From the NCBI RefSeq assembly GCF_031769215.1, contig NW_026782299.1:1674001-1738000 (forward strand): a stretch of 64,000 bases of DNA. The letters are read 5' to 3'. Of this stretch, positions 1 to 35,700 are shown piece after piece. This DNA is from Ylistrum balloti. Lineage: Eukaryota. Both the position numbers and the translations under genes were made by a program. The notes under the pieces are model-generated. The model was not told the DNA's origin. It was given only the letters and a program-made list of their open reading frames with translations, and made no database searches. Each line of letters opens with the position of its first letter. Positions within the stretch are counted from its first letter, which is position 1.

Positions 1-1475
1 GTGAAACTGATAAATTCTGTGCTAGAGGGAAAATAAACTACCTTATCCTCTCCTTCCACTATGACGTAGACTTTATTGACCAAGTTCAATTTGTGAAAAC
101 AGTTCTGTTACAATTAAATCCAATTAACAGTAAACTGATTTATCTACATTATGCTTTTTGATATCATATACTTAATATTATGCAGTGGATTTACGGAACC
201 TAGGAAACAGAGAAATGGAACCTGTTAGCAGATCATCAATTAATAAGTTACTTCAAGACGAGTTATCCTCATCCTCATGGTTGTAACAAAGGCCAAACTG
301 TTTACTTTCAGTAGTCTCGATTTGAAACACAGAATTGAGTGACAATATATACTGATTAATGAACAAAACATTTTTTTCCTGAAAGGCCTAAAGTGCTCAA
401 ATATATCAATGTAATTCTAAATATCATAATTCCGAAGGAGATCACAAGGGATATTGTAATCATATTTTTCCCTCCAACCTCAATTTCTGCACATCTCAAA
501 TTCTGCTTGGCCAAATCTGCTCAACAACTTACTAGTGTTCATGGCAGATAGTGATTGTTAGGAAGTGCTTTTCAGGTCAGGGGTCAACTGTCAAGGTTAC
601 TGTTACTATCAAGAGAAAATTGGTTTCCACAAGAGTTCTGTATAGCAAATATTCTGTGCAGAAAGCACTTCCTTTAAATTGATCTTTATACTGTAATTCT
701 GAGTAAATTGCTGTTAATAAGGTGAGGATTAGTATTAATTTACAATTTTCTACATCATTCTGATAGTGTTATTAGGACTCAGCAAATTAAAACAGTAAAC
801 AATAGGTCTTTTATTTTCATTTTATTATTTTTTGTATGTTGTTTTTATTCCTTTTTTTTCATATTTCAAATATGTTTTCCATATCTGTTTCATATTAATC
901 ACTCATCTCAGTACATTGCATAAACCATGTTGTTAAGTTATTATCAGTGATCGAACACCACTACGAATGTACAGATTAGTGTAGGTTGAAATTCTTAATC
1001 TCATTTCTAGAAAAGGACTACTGTAATTAAAATTCATTGTATATCACATCTATTTAAAGCCCTTTAAGGAACCTGCACCTTAACACACCTGAAGATAAGA
1101 TTTTTCACCAAGACAATTTGAAGTTCAAGAAGAGTCATGACTTGTGGAACATCGATATACTGGTTTACCATTGTCATGTAGAAAATATAACAAAACTTGG
1201 TCAAAATAATTAAGTAGAAAACTCTCACCACGTATATTCTACTCCACAAATCTGTATCACAAACATTTGTTATTTCAATGAGTTCTATTGTTCACTATTT
1301 TAAAGGAAAGAACAATGAAAATAAATACCTTTCAATCTAAAATAAGTTAAAACCTGTATGGTGATTTCTGCTAAATATAAAAATTTGTTGGTAAAACTAC
1401 ATTAACTTCAGTCACTAGAAAAAATTACAGGTGAAAAATTGTGAAGACAAGTTTTTCAACTTGAACTATCAGAAA

Positions 1476-1622
1476 TATTTTCTCACTGTGAACATACAAA
1501 ATTCATTGTTATATTTTTTCACTGTGAACATACAAAATTCATTGTTATATTTTTTCACTGTGAACATACTAAATTTATTGTTATATTTTTTCACTGTGAA
1601 CATACTAAATTCATTGTTATAT
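1476..1622. repeat. 36-bp tandem repeat, 4 copies
   Basis: Unit TTTTTCACTGTGAACATACAAAATTCATTGTTATAT; it explains the YFFTVNIQNSLL repeat in ORF 1431-1724. Confidence 0.92.
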
Positions 1623-3382
1623 AAGACCTTTCCACATATTTATAAATATGTGTCCATTATTCAAACAATAAAATCTGGAATAGCCTTCAGCTCATACACT
1701 ACCATACATTCATTTAAGTTGTGACATCATACAATTACACAGAGATCAAGATACCAGTTTCAGTCCCATTATTAACATGAAAAATAGATATTAAATAACA
1801 GAGAAACGATACAGACAATAGTTACAGACATTATTATAACAGTCACCTACACAGCTTTAGAACTGCAAATCTACCACAATCTGAAGTTATCAGATTCTAT
1901 ACAATAAAACATTACATATTCAAGCAACTCCTCCACGTGGTCTTGCTTCAATAATTTAATACTTCATTTCAGATCAAAAATTAATTTACTCAAGAGACCT
2001 GTATTTCATTAAAATAGAAAAGTTAAAATTCTCTAAAGGCAGAATAAGGAAATGATAAATACATATTACTATTGCACTTTGGGACCACACAGCACACATG
2101 AGGATTCTGTCTATGCTATATAGAACAATATAAAAAAAACAGATTTTATCACATAAATATTAATATAGTTTAAGATATATTTTAAAACTTTGTGTTTTAC
2201 TTCTTCAACTCAAAAATACTTCAAATGAATTTCCTAATTATTTTAAAACCCCACAAATAAATAACAATCTTGTTCAATACTAATACAATAAATTATACAA
2301 GTACAATACCACTCTTTTTGGAGTGGAATAGAATTTTAACTAAAATAGTTTCTAACAAAACCTGAAGTCCTTGGTTTGAATATATATTTTACTGATATAG
2401 CCCTTACCCTCAACAAAACCTAGAGTCTTGGTGATGCATTGATGTTTTACTGAAATAGCTCTTCATCCATTTTCTGATAATTTCAAAAAAAAAACATTTG
2501 CTTCACTTTCTTTCAATGTATTTGATTTAATATTATTTGCAAGAGCTAAATATGCTACAAAAAAGTGTTACATAGAAAATAAACAGAAACAAAAATGACA
2601 TTATGTAGGATATTACAATATGAAATAGAGTTAGACATTAAGCCGAAAATCCCATTCACAACTGTGTATATATGAAGCAGAAATAAGAGACATTAAGAAA
2701 CAGAGTTACTGGTATACACTGGTGAACGACAAGACAAATAATAATTCAGTTATGGGTATGGCAGCAAAAGCACTGGCGGTGATTGACAAGAAAATAACAG
2801 GAATAATTCCCACTTCTTTCATTTTTGAAATGTGTATCTGGCATGGATTTGAATCCCTATCCTTAATCAAGGGTGATCTGCACCAACACACTGAATCTGG
2901 CAGTCCAAAGCTGTTTCCATTGGAACAGGAAAATGGCATTTCCTAGAAATCTTAAAAATAGTTTTCCCGAAATATAGTTTGTTGGATTGTCTACCAAGAA
3001 CAAAAGTAGCTGGATTATTTATTGAGAACAAAGATGTCGGGAATGAAAGTCGCTACATTCATAAGGTTCAGAGTAATAGCAAAATGAGAAATTCTATCAC
3101 ACAAAATCAATATCAAATATACCTGAACTTGTGTCTATGTTGTAGTGAAAGACTTTGTTTGTCAATACCAGGTGGGAAAAACAGGTTTATTATTAATATT
3201 TTAACAGTGACGGAAGAAATTCATGATGCTGTTGGCAGGCGTGGAAGATAAATATTCCCAATATTTACAAAATTCTCTCACACATCCACACCCAAGTAAA
3301 TTCTGTCAATCTCATTCAGTAGAAAAGAGTTTCACTAACCACATCATCCGGAACATTTGCTGCAGGTTGGTAATGTCAATAC

Positions 3383-3644
3383 AATACAGGTTCTTAAAAC
3401 ACAACCAGTAGAAGATTTGAGTGTAACATTTCAATAATGACACGATCACCTTCATCAAACAAATGACCAGTGTGGAGCATACTAGCACCGACGTACGCAG
3501 TGGACGAAATGGTAAGGAATCGTATACTATGTTCGTCAGAGCTAGTGCACTCCATACTGATCGTTTGTCTGATAAAGATGACTGTGTAGTGATTAAAACA
3601 TCACACTCCAATCTTTTACTGGTTGTGTTATAAGAACTTCTATT
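3383..3644. repeat. 262-bp imperfect palindrome / fold-back
   Basis: The arms align without gaps about centre 3513/3514 (e.g. GTTCTTAAAACACAACCAGTAGAAGATT vs reverse complement GTTCTTATAACACAACCAGTAAAAGATT). By hand about 95 of 125 positions are complementary. Confidence 0.9.
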
Positions 3645-4461
3645 CTATCATCCTGAACATTTTCACCTTCATATTCATATCAGGGCATATAAAAAAAAGC
3701 AATCAATTGGGATACCCGCACAAAATTAGGAGATACAATCTATACAAAAATGTCATATGATTTACTTACATATTTAACATGCATGATGTTTATTTTCATT
3801 TAAATTCGAAGTAAGTATCAAAAGCAAATTCACGTTAAGGAAACAAATCTCATAATTTCTTATCGTACCCTCAACAAATTTCCAATCTGTTAGGTATATT
3901 CTGATGAAGAACTGCCTAGCAAATAACGGAGTTTTTGCACATGAATTCATTTTTTGTATGCAAAAACATTTATGCTACATTGAGTATAAAATGGGTAACA
4001 CATAAATCAAAATTGAAATCCATGATGTAAATAGTAAAGAGAAATAAATCTGTATAATTTATCTTGCTCAAAATTCAAAAAAAGAATGTCTAGAATATGT
4101 TTATCAATTAAAAATGATAATTCAATTTCTGTTGTATTCATCTGTTTCACAGAAAAGATTTTTCCCTCTATTTGAATGTAAAAAAAACTCTCAGAAAATG
4201 CCTTTCACATTTAAACATTATAGTAATTTTTTCACAGATAATGGGCAGCACATCCACAATATGGCACTACTCGCATACCTTTGTTTTATCACAAAATTTG
4301 TTGCAAGCTAAACCAAACATACAGCTGTTATTATACACAAGTATACACATAGTCATCCTCAACACTCGGTAAATCCCAGTCTCACACAGGTTCACATTTC
4401 TCCAAAACACAATATATGCCATTCTTTCACAGATTCACACTTCCCTAAAACATAGTAAATA

Positions 4462-28806
<24,345 letters not shown>

Positions 28807-30239
28807 TTTGTGAAATTCTGACACAGTTATGATGCTACATTTCCAGATCTAATTTTTGGGCCTTTACTTCTTTGTATTAATTCCAATATGAAGACATTTG
28901 TCGCAATGGAAACACAGTATTATCTTCTATACTGGCAACATTTCTGCTTGACTTCTGTGACCGAAGCTAAAAACCAAAGAGATTATTTTTAAAATAGGTA
29001 TAGATTGTATTATAATTTACATCACATTTATGTATTAAGGAAATTATCTAGGAATGTTCAAATCTCTTTTTATCAAAATCAACAAAATATATATGAGTGA
29101 CACCAACATTAACTGTCTAATTGAAAACATATTAAATGTTAACCTGCCTGTTCAGTGCAATTGGCAGGTCAGATGCATGTTGATTTATTGTTGCCTAAGT
29201 TGTATATGACCATAATAATATTTCATAGCTATACTAAATTGACCAAAAACAATATTATTTCAGATACAAATGCATGTGCACAAATTTGACACTTGCAACT
29301 TACTGCAGATATCTATAAACAACATCAGAACAAACTGCAAATAAATTTTGATTCAAAACAAGAGCAATTATTAACTCATTTTATTCTCAACAAAACTGAT
29401 TGCATTTGCTTATGGTACTGTTATGGACATTTCAATGTTAAACTCTGAACATAATTGAAAGCTAAAGTGAAGACAGAAAAACACACACTTGAATGGCTTA
29501 GAAATAGTAGATACAAATAAACTTGTTTTGCTTTGAAATGAATTTTTAAAAATCTCTGGGTACTCTGTGGGAATAATTGTTTAATTCATCGCATCCATGG
29601 TGGAGGCATTTTCTACCACTTTTTGTTAAGTATCTCTGTTCTGTCTCTGAAATGAGCATAATCGGTATAAATGTATATACCAATAAAAAGCCTAATAAAT
29701 GCGAGTCTACTGCTGTCATTGCGCCTCGAACCAATATTCATGGGGAAAGTAGTCACAAATTCATACTTTATTGCACAGATAACAACAGATTCATTTTATT
29801 TAAGCTGCTTTTTACCAAGTCTGTTTCGCCATAAAGACCTATTTTACCGATGAATAGTTATTATCTTATAGCTATAAAACAACGTATCGCGACCTGATCG
29901 GTGTATGTAGGAGACTTGACTGCCAAATGTAATGAAACAAATGGCATGTCCAGTTCATAAATATTTTATATCTCATGGTAAAGTTAAGAAAGACAAAATG
30001 ATCAAATGTACATTTTTTAAATGCGAGTTTTAGTCGGTGACAGTTTCAATACAGACATCAATGTTTCATGATTTTCGGTGCATCGTAAGTATAAAATAGT
30101 AACTACATTAATATCAGTGATCGAAGATAAAACTTTAACGTACCCATCTCGTGTACTCAAGGTAAACTTCAATATGAGATCACTGGCAGATTTATAAATT
30201 TGTTAACATAGCAAAATAATCAAAAAAATCTTTCCTGTC

Positions 30240-30440
30240 CTCTTCTATAACTTCACGCCAGCAGCCATTTTTCCATTAATCACCTTTTGTGTACACTGAT
30301 GTAAGGACAGTTTTGATTGGCTGGTTGCAAAGATTCCTGAAATTTATTACTTCGGAACTTCTCTGACGATATCATTATTCTAGATAACAATATACGAGAA
30401 AATCCGAACTAAAACCCATCAAGCAATATGGCGGAAGAAA
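30240..30440. promoter_or_regulatory. Putative bidirectional promoter (MBTPS1 / C39-like gene)
   Basis: Divergent YY1-type motifs: AAAATGGCTGC on minus (30261-30271) and AATATGGCGG on plus (30425-30434), with ATTGG (CCAAT) at 30316-30320 between them. A GTAAGT donor at 30519 closes a plus-strand first exon. No transcript data. Confidence 0.6.
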
Positions 30441-32760
30441 GTTTGGACCTTGGGAATGACACCAAAAACTCCAAATTCGTCCTATCTTTCTTCTGTGTTA
30501 GCCTTATTTATCATAAAGGTAAGTTTAAAGTTGTTTCCAATATTTCGTTGGAATATCTAATGGACTGTAATATAACATGTAATTTGAAAAACCGTTCTTA
30601 ATGATAGTCATTTTTTCTTAAATTTTGTTAGATTTTTTAAGAGAGGCTAATTTACAGTCCTTGAACGATCCGATTTTTAATGGAATGTACTGCTATAGCA
30701 GATGTATTCGTCGATGAGACATTTTGATGAAAAAATAGACTAGTGGAATCACTGTCCAATGAGTCATTTGTACTTGTTTGGAGTCACATAATTGATTTTG
30801 TCTCGCACAGTCGAGGCCAGAGCTCTCGGCATCATTTACAAAAATATTGGTAAGTCGTATGAAAGTTTGTTCGCGAAATGTGAATGAGCCTCACAGAAAA
30901 ATCATAAGTCAAATTTTCCAATTCAGTTGGTATTATGTTGAACTGTTGTTGGTTTAGAACATCACATCCATCACTGGGTATTATGATTGTATTAAAACTC
31001 TCCATCAGAAGTATGCCTTAGTATACCAGTTTTCATCCCATGTCTAAATCCACTGAATGAAGCGTGTACAAATCTTCTGATCACAGTAACCATTTTGTGT
31101 TGAAATTTGATTGTTCAAGTGTGGCATAGATAGTGGTGTGTTTGGTTATGGAGGACTGTTCTCAGTCAACTGTTACTTAAGTAAAAATGGCTGCATCTTG
31201 GGAGGGATTCAGCTGTTAAAACCAGATACATCAGTGGGATTTTTTTTATCCAGTTGAGTCCAGAACACCATTTCCAAAATTTGATGAACATGTGTCCTTA
31301 CCCAAAATTCACTGATGCATACATATCTGCCAACTTTTCAAAATTCTCAGTGTGTGAAAGACATTTTTGACTCCAATGTATATTTAATTAATAAATCTAG
31401 ATAACTTTAAATTGATTAAGTGCATGCTTTAATATACAATAATAATGAAAAAATATCTGCATTTTCCGCAAGTAAGGTTCAAGTTGGAATTTATTCATTT
31501 AAATTCTCAGTATTCATTGAACTCATACAACATAACAGAAATTAAGATTGGTGATTATGTGTTTGGATGTTAGTAAGGATATGTATTTCCAAATATGATG
31601 CTTCTGAAAGAATTTGTTTAATGGAAATAAGGAAGAAATAATATGAATCATCTCATGAATTTTTAAGCTGTCTTTTTTATTAAAATAGAGAGAAGCAAAA
31701 AAGGATAAATGAAATAAATTCATTCATAAAATTCAAAATCTTTTAATCTTGTAATAATGGTCCATCATATTTGAATTTTTGAATTTACTGTGAAATACAT
31801 TCATAAAGATCGTTTCTCAAATAATTTTCTTGTTGAATTTGTTATTTGACCACGCAGGTAGTATAAACATGGTAATAACTACTTAGTTGTCTGTAAAATG
31901 ACATCATCTTAACCAAACATTTACCAGGGCCCACTCCTGAGTCCTGACCAATGGTCTATCGTTAATCAGGTAGGGAACAATTGATCAAGTAGAAGAGTGC
32001 TCTAAACCGTAGCAGTCAATTAGAATTAAGTGGAATTGGGTGACACTAATTAGATAATTGGGCAATGTACTCACATAGCTACCCTTGATTATGTGGCCAG
32101 GTGGTCAATCTTACCAATTTGACAAACATAGCAAGGTTACCTATGGCCTACCTAGTGGGATCTCAGAAATCGGGAGATTACCCCAATTTTGATCCATATG
32201 ATAGGGAGGCGGGGATGGGGAGTGAAAATCAGGAAACTCCTGTCTGAATCAGGAAAGTTAGCAGGTATGTGCATATGGCAGTTAAACATAGACAAGCATG
32301 ATTGACAGTTAACTGAAGCTTTCAACCTAATTCAGTAATAACATAGTACATTGTTTTTGATAAATGGATGTTGATATAAATTGTTTCGTGATTTTGGTAC
32401 GGCTAAACATATGTTTGTTTCCTGTTATTTGTTTAAATATTAAGGATGGTAGGTAAGTAAACAAGGTACTTCCTTGATAATTGCAATAAAAGGTTTAGAA
32501 AAGGTACAAAATGTTACATTTGATAGAGTAACTTTTAGGCATAAAAAGACAATATTTTTTGTTTCCAAATATGGTAAATTAAGATATTTATGGTGGCAAA
32601 TCGCAATGACCTGGGTAACTTGACTGTCAAAAGATATCTATCACATACATATAGAGTAATATAGAATGGAATAACATTTTATTGAAGTGTAGACATAAGG
32701 CGTTATCATGCTATCAATATTTCTGTAAAACTTGTTAATGTTTTTCTAGCTACAGAATAG

Positions 32761-35700
32761 ATGGCGACTGGAGAGACCAGCCATGTATCAGCTATAGCCA
32801 TTGAATCTGAAGAGGTAAAGTGCAGTGTGCCGGTAGTTGTGCCTGCATTAGAGTTAACAGTACAGGTGAAGCAAGGCAATGATGCAAGAAGAAAAACAAT
32901 GACAGTTGCAGGTACTGATGTAGGTGCCGATGGTGCTACAAAACAACCTGATAACAACAACTCTCAACTCAACAACAATGTTACCCAAACAGAAAGTAGT
33001 CCTACATCTACACTTCCACCAGCTGTAGTAACAGATTGTCATAATGATCAAATTTACACAGATTTTGATATTCCAAGCCTCCGATCAAATGGAAATGAGA
33101 GTTTCAATTCTAGAAATGAAAAAATCAAAGTAATCTGCAATGGTGAAGTAGATTCCATGGCTGGTGAAGCCATGGGGAACAGTATTGGAACTGGTTGTAC
33201 ATTTGGGAGTTCTGATGATATTAGAACACCCAATGGATTCATCATTGGTAATGGTGGAATGGAGGATCAGGGGTCAAAGGCCTGCCAAGCAGTTCGGCCT
33301 AAAACTATTTCTTGGAGTCGATTGGTCAAACAGAGAAAGGATAAAAAGGAGAGAAATCGAAAGCAAAACAATATTCGAGGCCAAAGTCGCGGAGAAGCAT
33401 ATTTATACCCAGAAATGTACTCTAGCTCCGAGGAAGATCTCGATGATATTGTTTCGGTGTCTGCAGAGGATTCCAAATCACAGATACAAAAGTCTTCAAG
33501 TGGTGGAGGAACTGATTGGAATTTCCATCTTATCTGTGAAACAAAACAGGAACAAACAAGACCATTGTCGTGTGGTAGTAATTCAAGATACAACTCCAAA
33601 ACTGAGTGCATAGTTAATGGAACTGTATTGAGTAATGAAAGTACAGACAGCTATGGGTCAAAGTCCTCCTCCTCAGAAAGTGGGACATGCCCTCCATTTG
33701 ATCCAGTAATGATGGTGAGAAGTGATTGTATTCTAGCACCACTTGCAGTGCCAGAGGACAGTGGAGGATCTTCTCTGTCAAGTGGGTCTGATTCTAATTT
33801 TAACCCTAATGATTTTCACTGTGATAATCTTGACTTTTCTTTAGATAATAATAATATGTATAGATATTCCCAGTCCCATGCTAGTCAAGATCAAATTGCT
33901 TCACAGGTTTTAGAAATAAACAATATTTCATGTGAAGAAAACATGCCAAAACGTGAAGCAGAAATGAGATCACCAATTATGCCGTTCTTACCAAATGCAC
34001 AAATTCAACAGCTTCCACGGCCTGCTAGTAATGACAGCTTAGATGAGATAGGTGACTACATTGACACAGATTTTCCATCTCAAGCCAGCCGCCTACTGTT
34101 TGCCTGTAGCTCTGCAAGCTCTTCCTCAACCTCATCTGATGAGGACGAGGGGTATGGGGTTAATGCAGAACCTCGGATCCCAGATTATTCAGAACGCGAG
34201 GAAGATAGAAATGAACTACCTGTTCTCCCACATGAGCCTTTGCAATTTCACGAAAGGAAATCAAATGGACACAGGGAAGATGAAAGTGAAAGTAGAGTTC
34301 TATTTTTAGATGATTCTGCAAGTGATTTGAAGCTCTGTGATAGATTGTCCAATCATGCCTGTTTAAAAGACAATGATCATGACTGTGCAATCAAACCAAC
34401 CAAACCACTGCCAAGGTTGGGCAGTTGTACAGGTAAAAGTGAAAGTGGAAGTGAGGTTGGAGGTCATATGGGTTCTGACTCATCTGTGGTGTACTCACCT
34501 GAAGCAGACTTTCTAGAATTTGTTGACTCTGATCTTCCAGGGTCTGCAGGACTTCACCAATCATTTTCCTTTGTCAGGGATGCAGAGATTCTCACCCCGT
34601 TTTTGTCTGATGAACGTTGTTATCCCAGTAATTGTGATGGCGTTCATCAGGCATCTTTGGCCAACAGCTGCGAGGACATGATGGCTGAGGGTGCTGTATC
34701 CCTCACCAACAATCTGAACTATGACCGATGTTGTACAGACTTTGAAGACTTTGACAATAACATGGAGAGGTATGATCCACACCTCCAGGTTGATAATGAA
34801 AACTTTCACGCCTATTGCAATCCAGATATATGCAAGCAAGAAAAGGTACCCGGTGCAAATTTTCAGAACTCTGCCAGTAATCGTCGTGAAAAGATATTCT
34901 ACAAAGCTGCTCTGGATAGGGAGAACAGGTTATCATCAGGGTCTTCTGATGAGGAGGAGAATGTCTCTCATAGTTTTATGAAAGATGTGACTGCAAACCT
35001 TGAGGGTGATGAGGATCGTGCACCCCAAAATAGCAACACTGAATGCATGTACATGGGGGACCTAGAGAATCTCACTCATGCACTACAAAATGCTGTCATC
35101 ATGCAACTGCCACCTAAACTTGAGGAATCTTCAGGGTATGATCAATTTTTTTATAAATGTTTTATGTTGGTTTGTCACTACACAGGTTTTGATCAATTTA
35201 TTATAAAATAAGATTATTTATAAGATATATAACCCTGTATGAAAGTCAATTTTCATAATTTACTTTTCGGAGATAAATTGATTACCGGTATTTCTTAATT
35301 TTCTTTAGTTGTAATATGTATCACTTTGAATTGCCACAGTCTGAGCTGAGACAGCATTCTATATTAGAAGTGATAGAAAGTAGGACTTTCTTTCAAATTA
35401 TGATAGACTTGGTTTAACATATGTAATATCAAGAACAGGACAACTGCTTCTCTTATTCAAAACTTTTTATCCTGGATTTGCCAATGGGCCGACACATAGT
35501 TTCTAACTCAAGGAGAGACAGGACAATTAAAATTTAGTAGTATATGTTATTAGAATGCCTTTAACTGGCTTTGAATGATGTTAGTGTTGGTATCCATAAA
35601 TAACTTTATATATAGGATTCATTCAGGAAACTAACATATTTTCTGGGTTACAAGCTACACCGATATAAAAGCCACAGAGCCAATTTTTACAGATTTTACA

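Noticed and set aside
1431-1724. 97-aa ORF with repeated YFFTVNIQNSLL
   Set aside because: Product of the 36-bp tandem repeat.
2706-3611. Short hydrophobic ORFs as a separate membrane-protein gene
   Set aside because: No consistent splice chain or recognisable motif; ORF 3312-3611 overlaps the palindrome; probably MBTPS1 3' UTR or flank.
32706-34981. Antisense and alternate-frame ORFs overlapping the 816-aa ORF
   Set aside because: Expected shadows of a long coding exon; no independent motifs.
35136-35211. C-terminus YDQFFYKC...IIK of the 816-aa ORF as the real end
   Set aside because: A donor GTATGA at 35136 splices in phase to the next exon, and the tail is AT-rich intron-like sequence.
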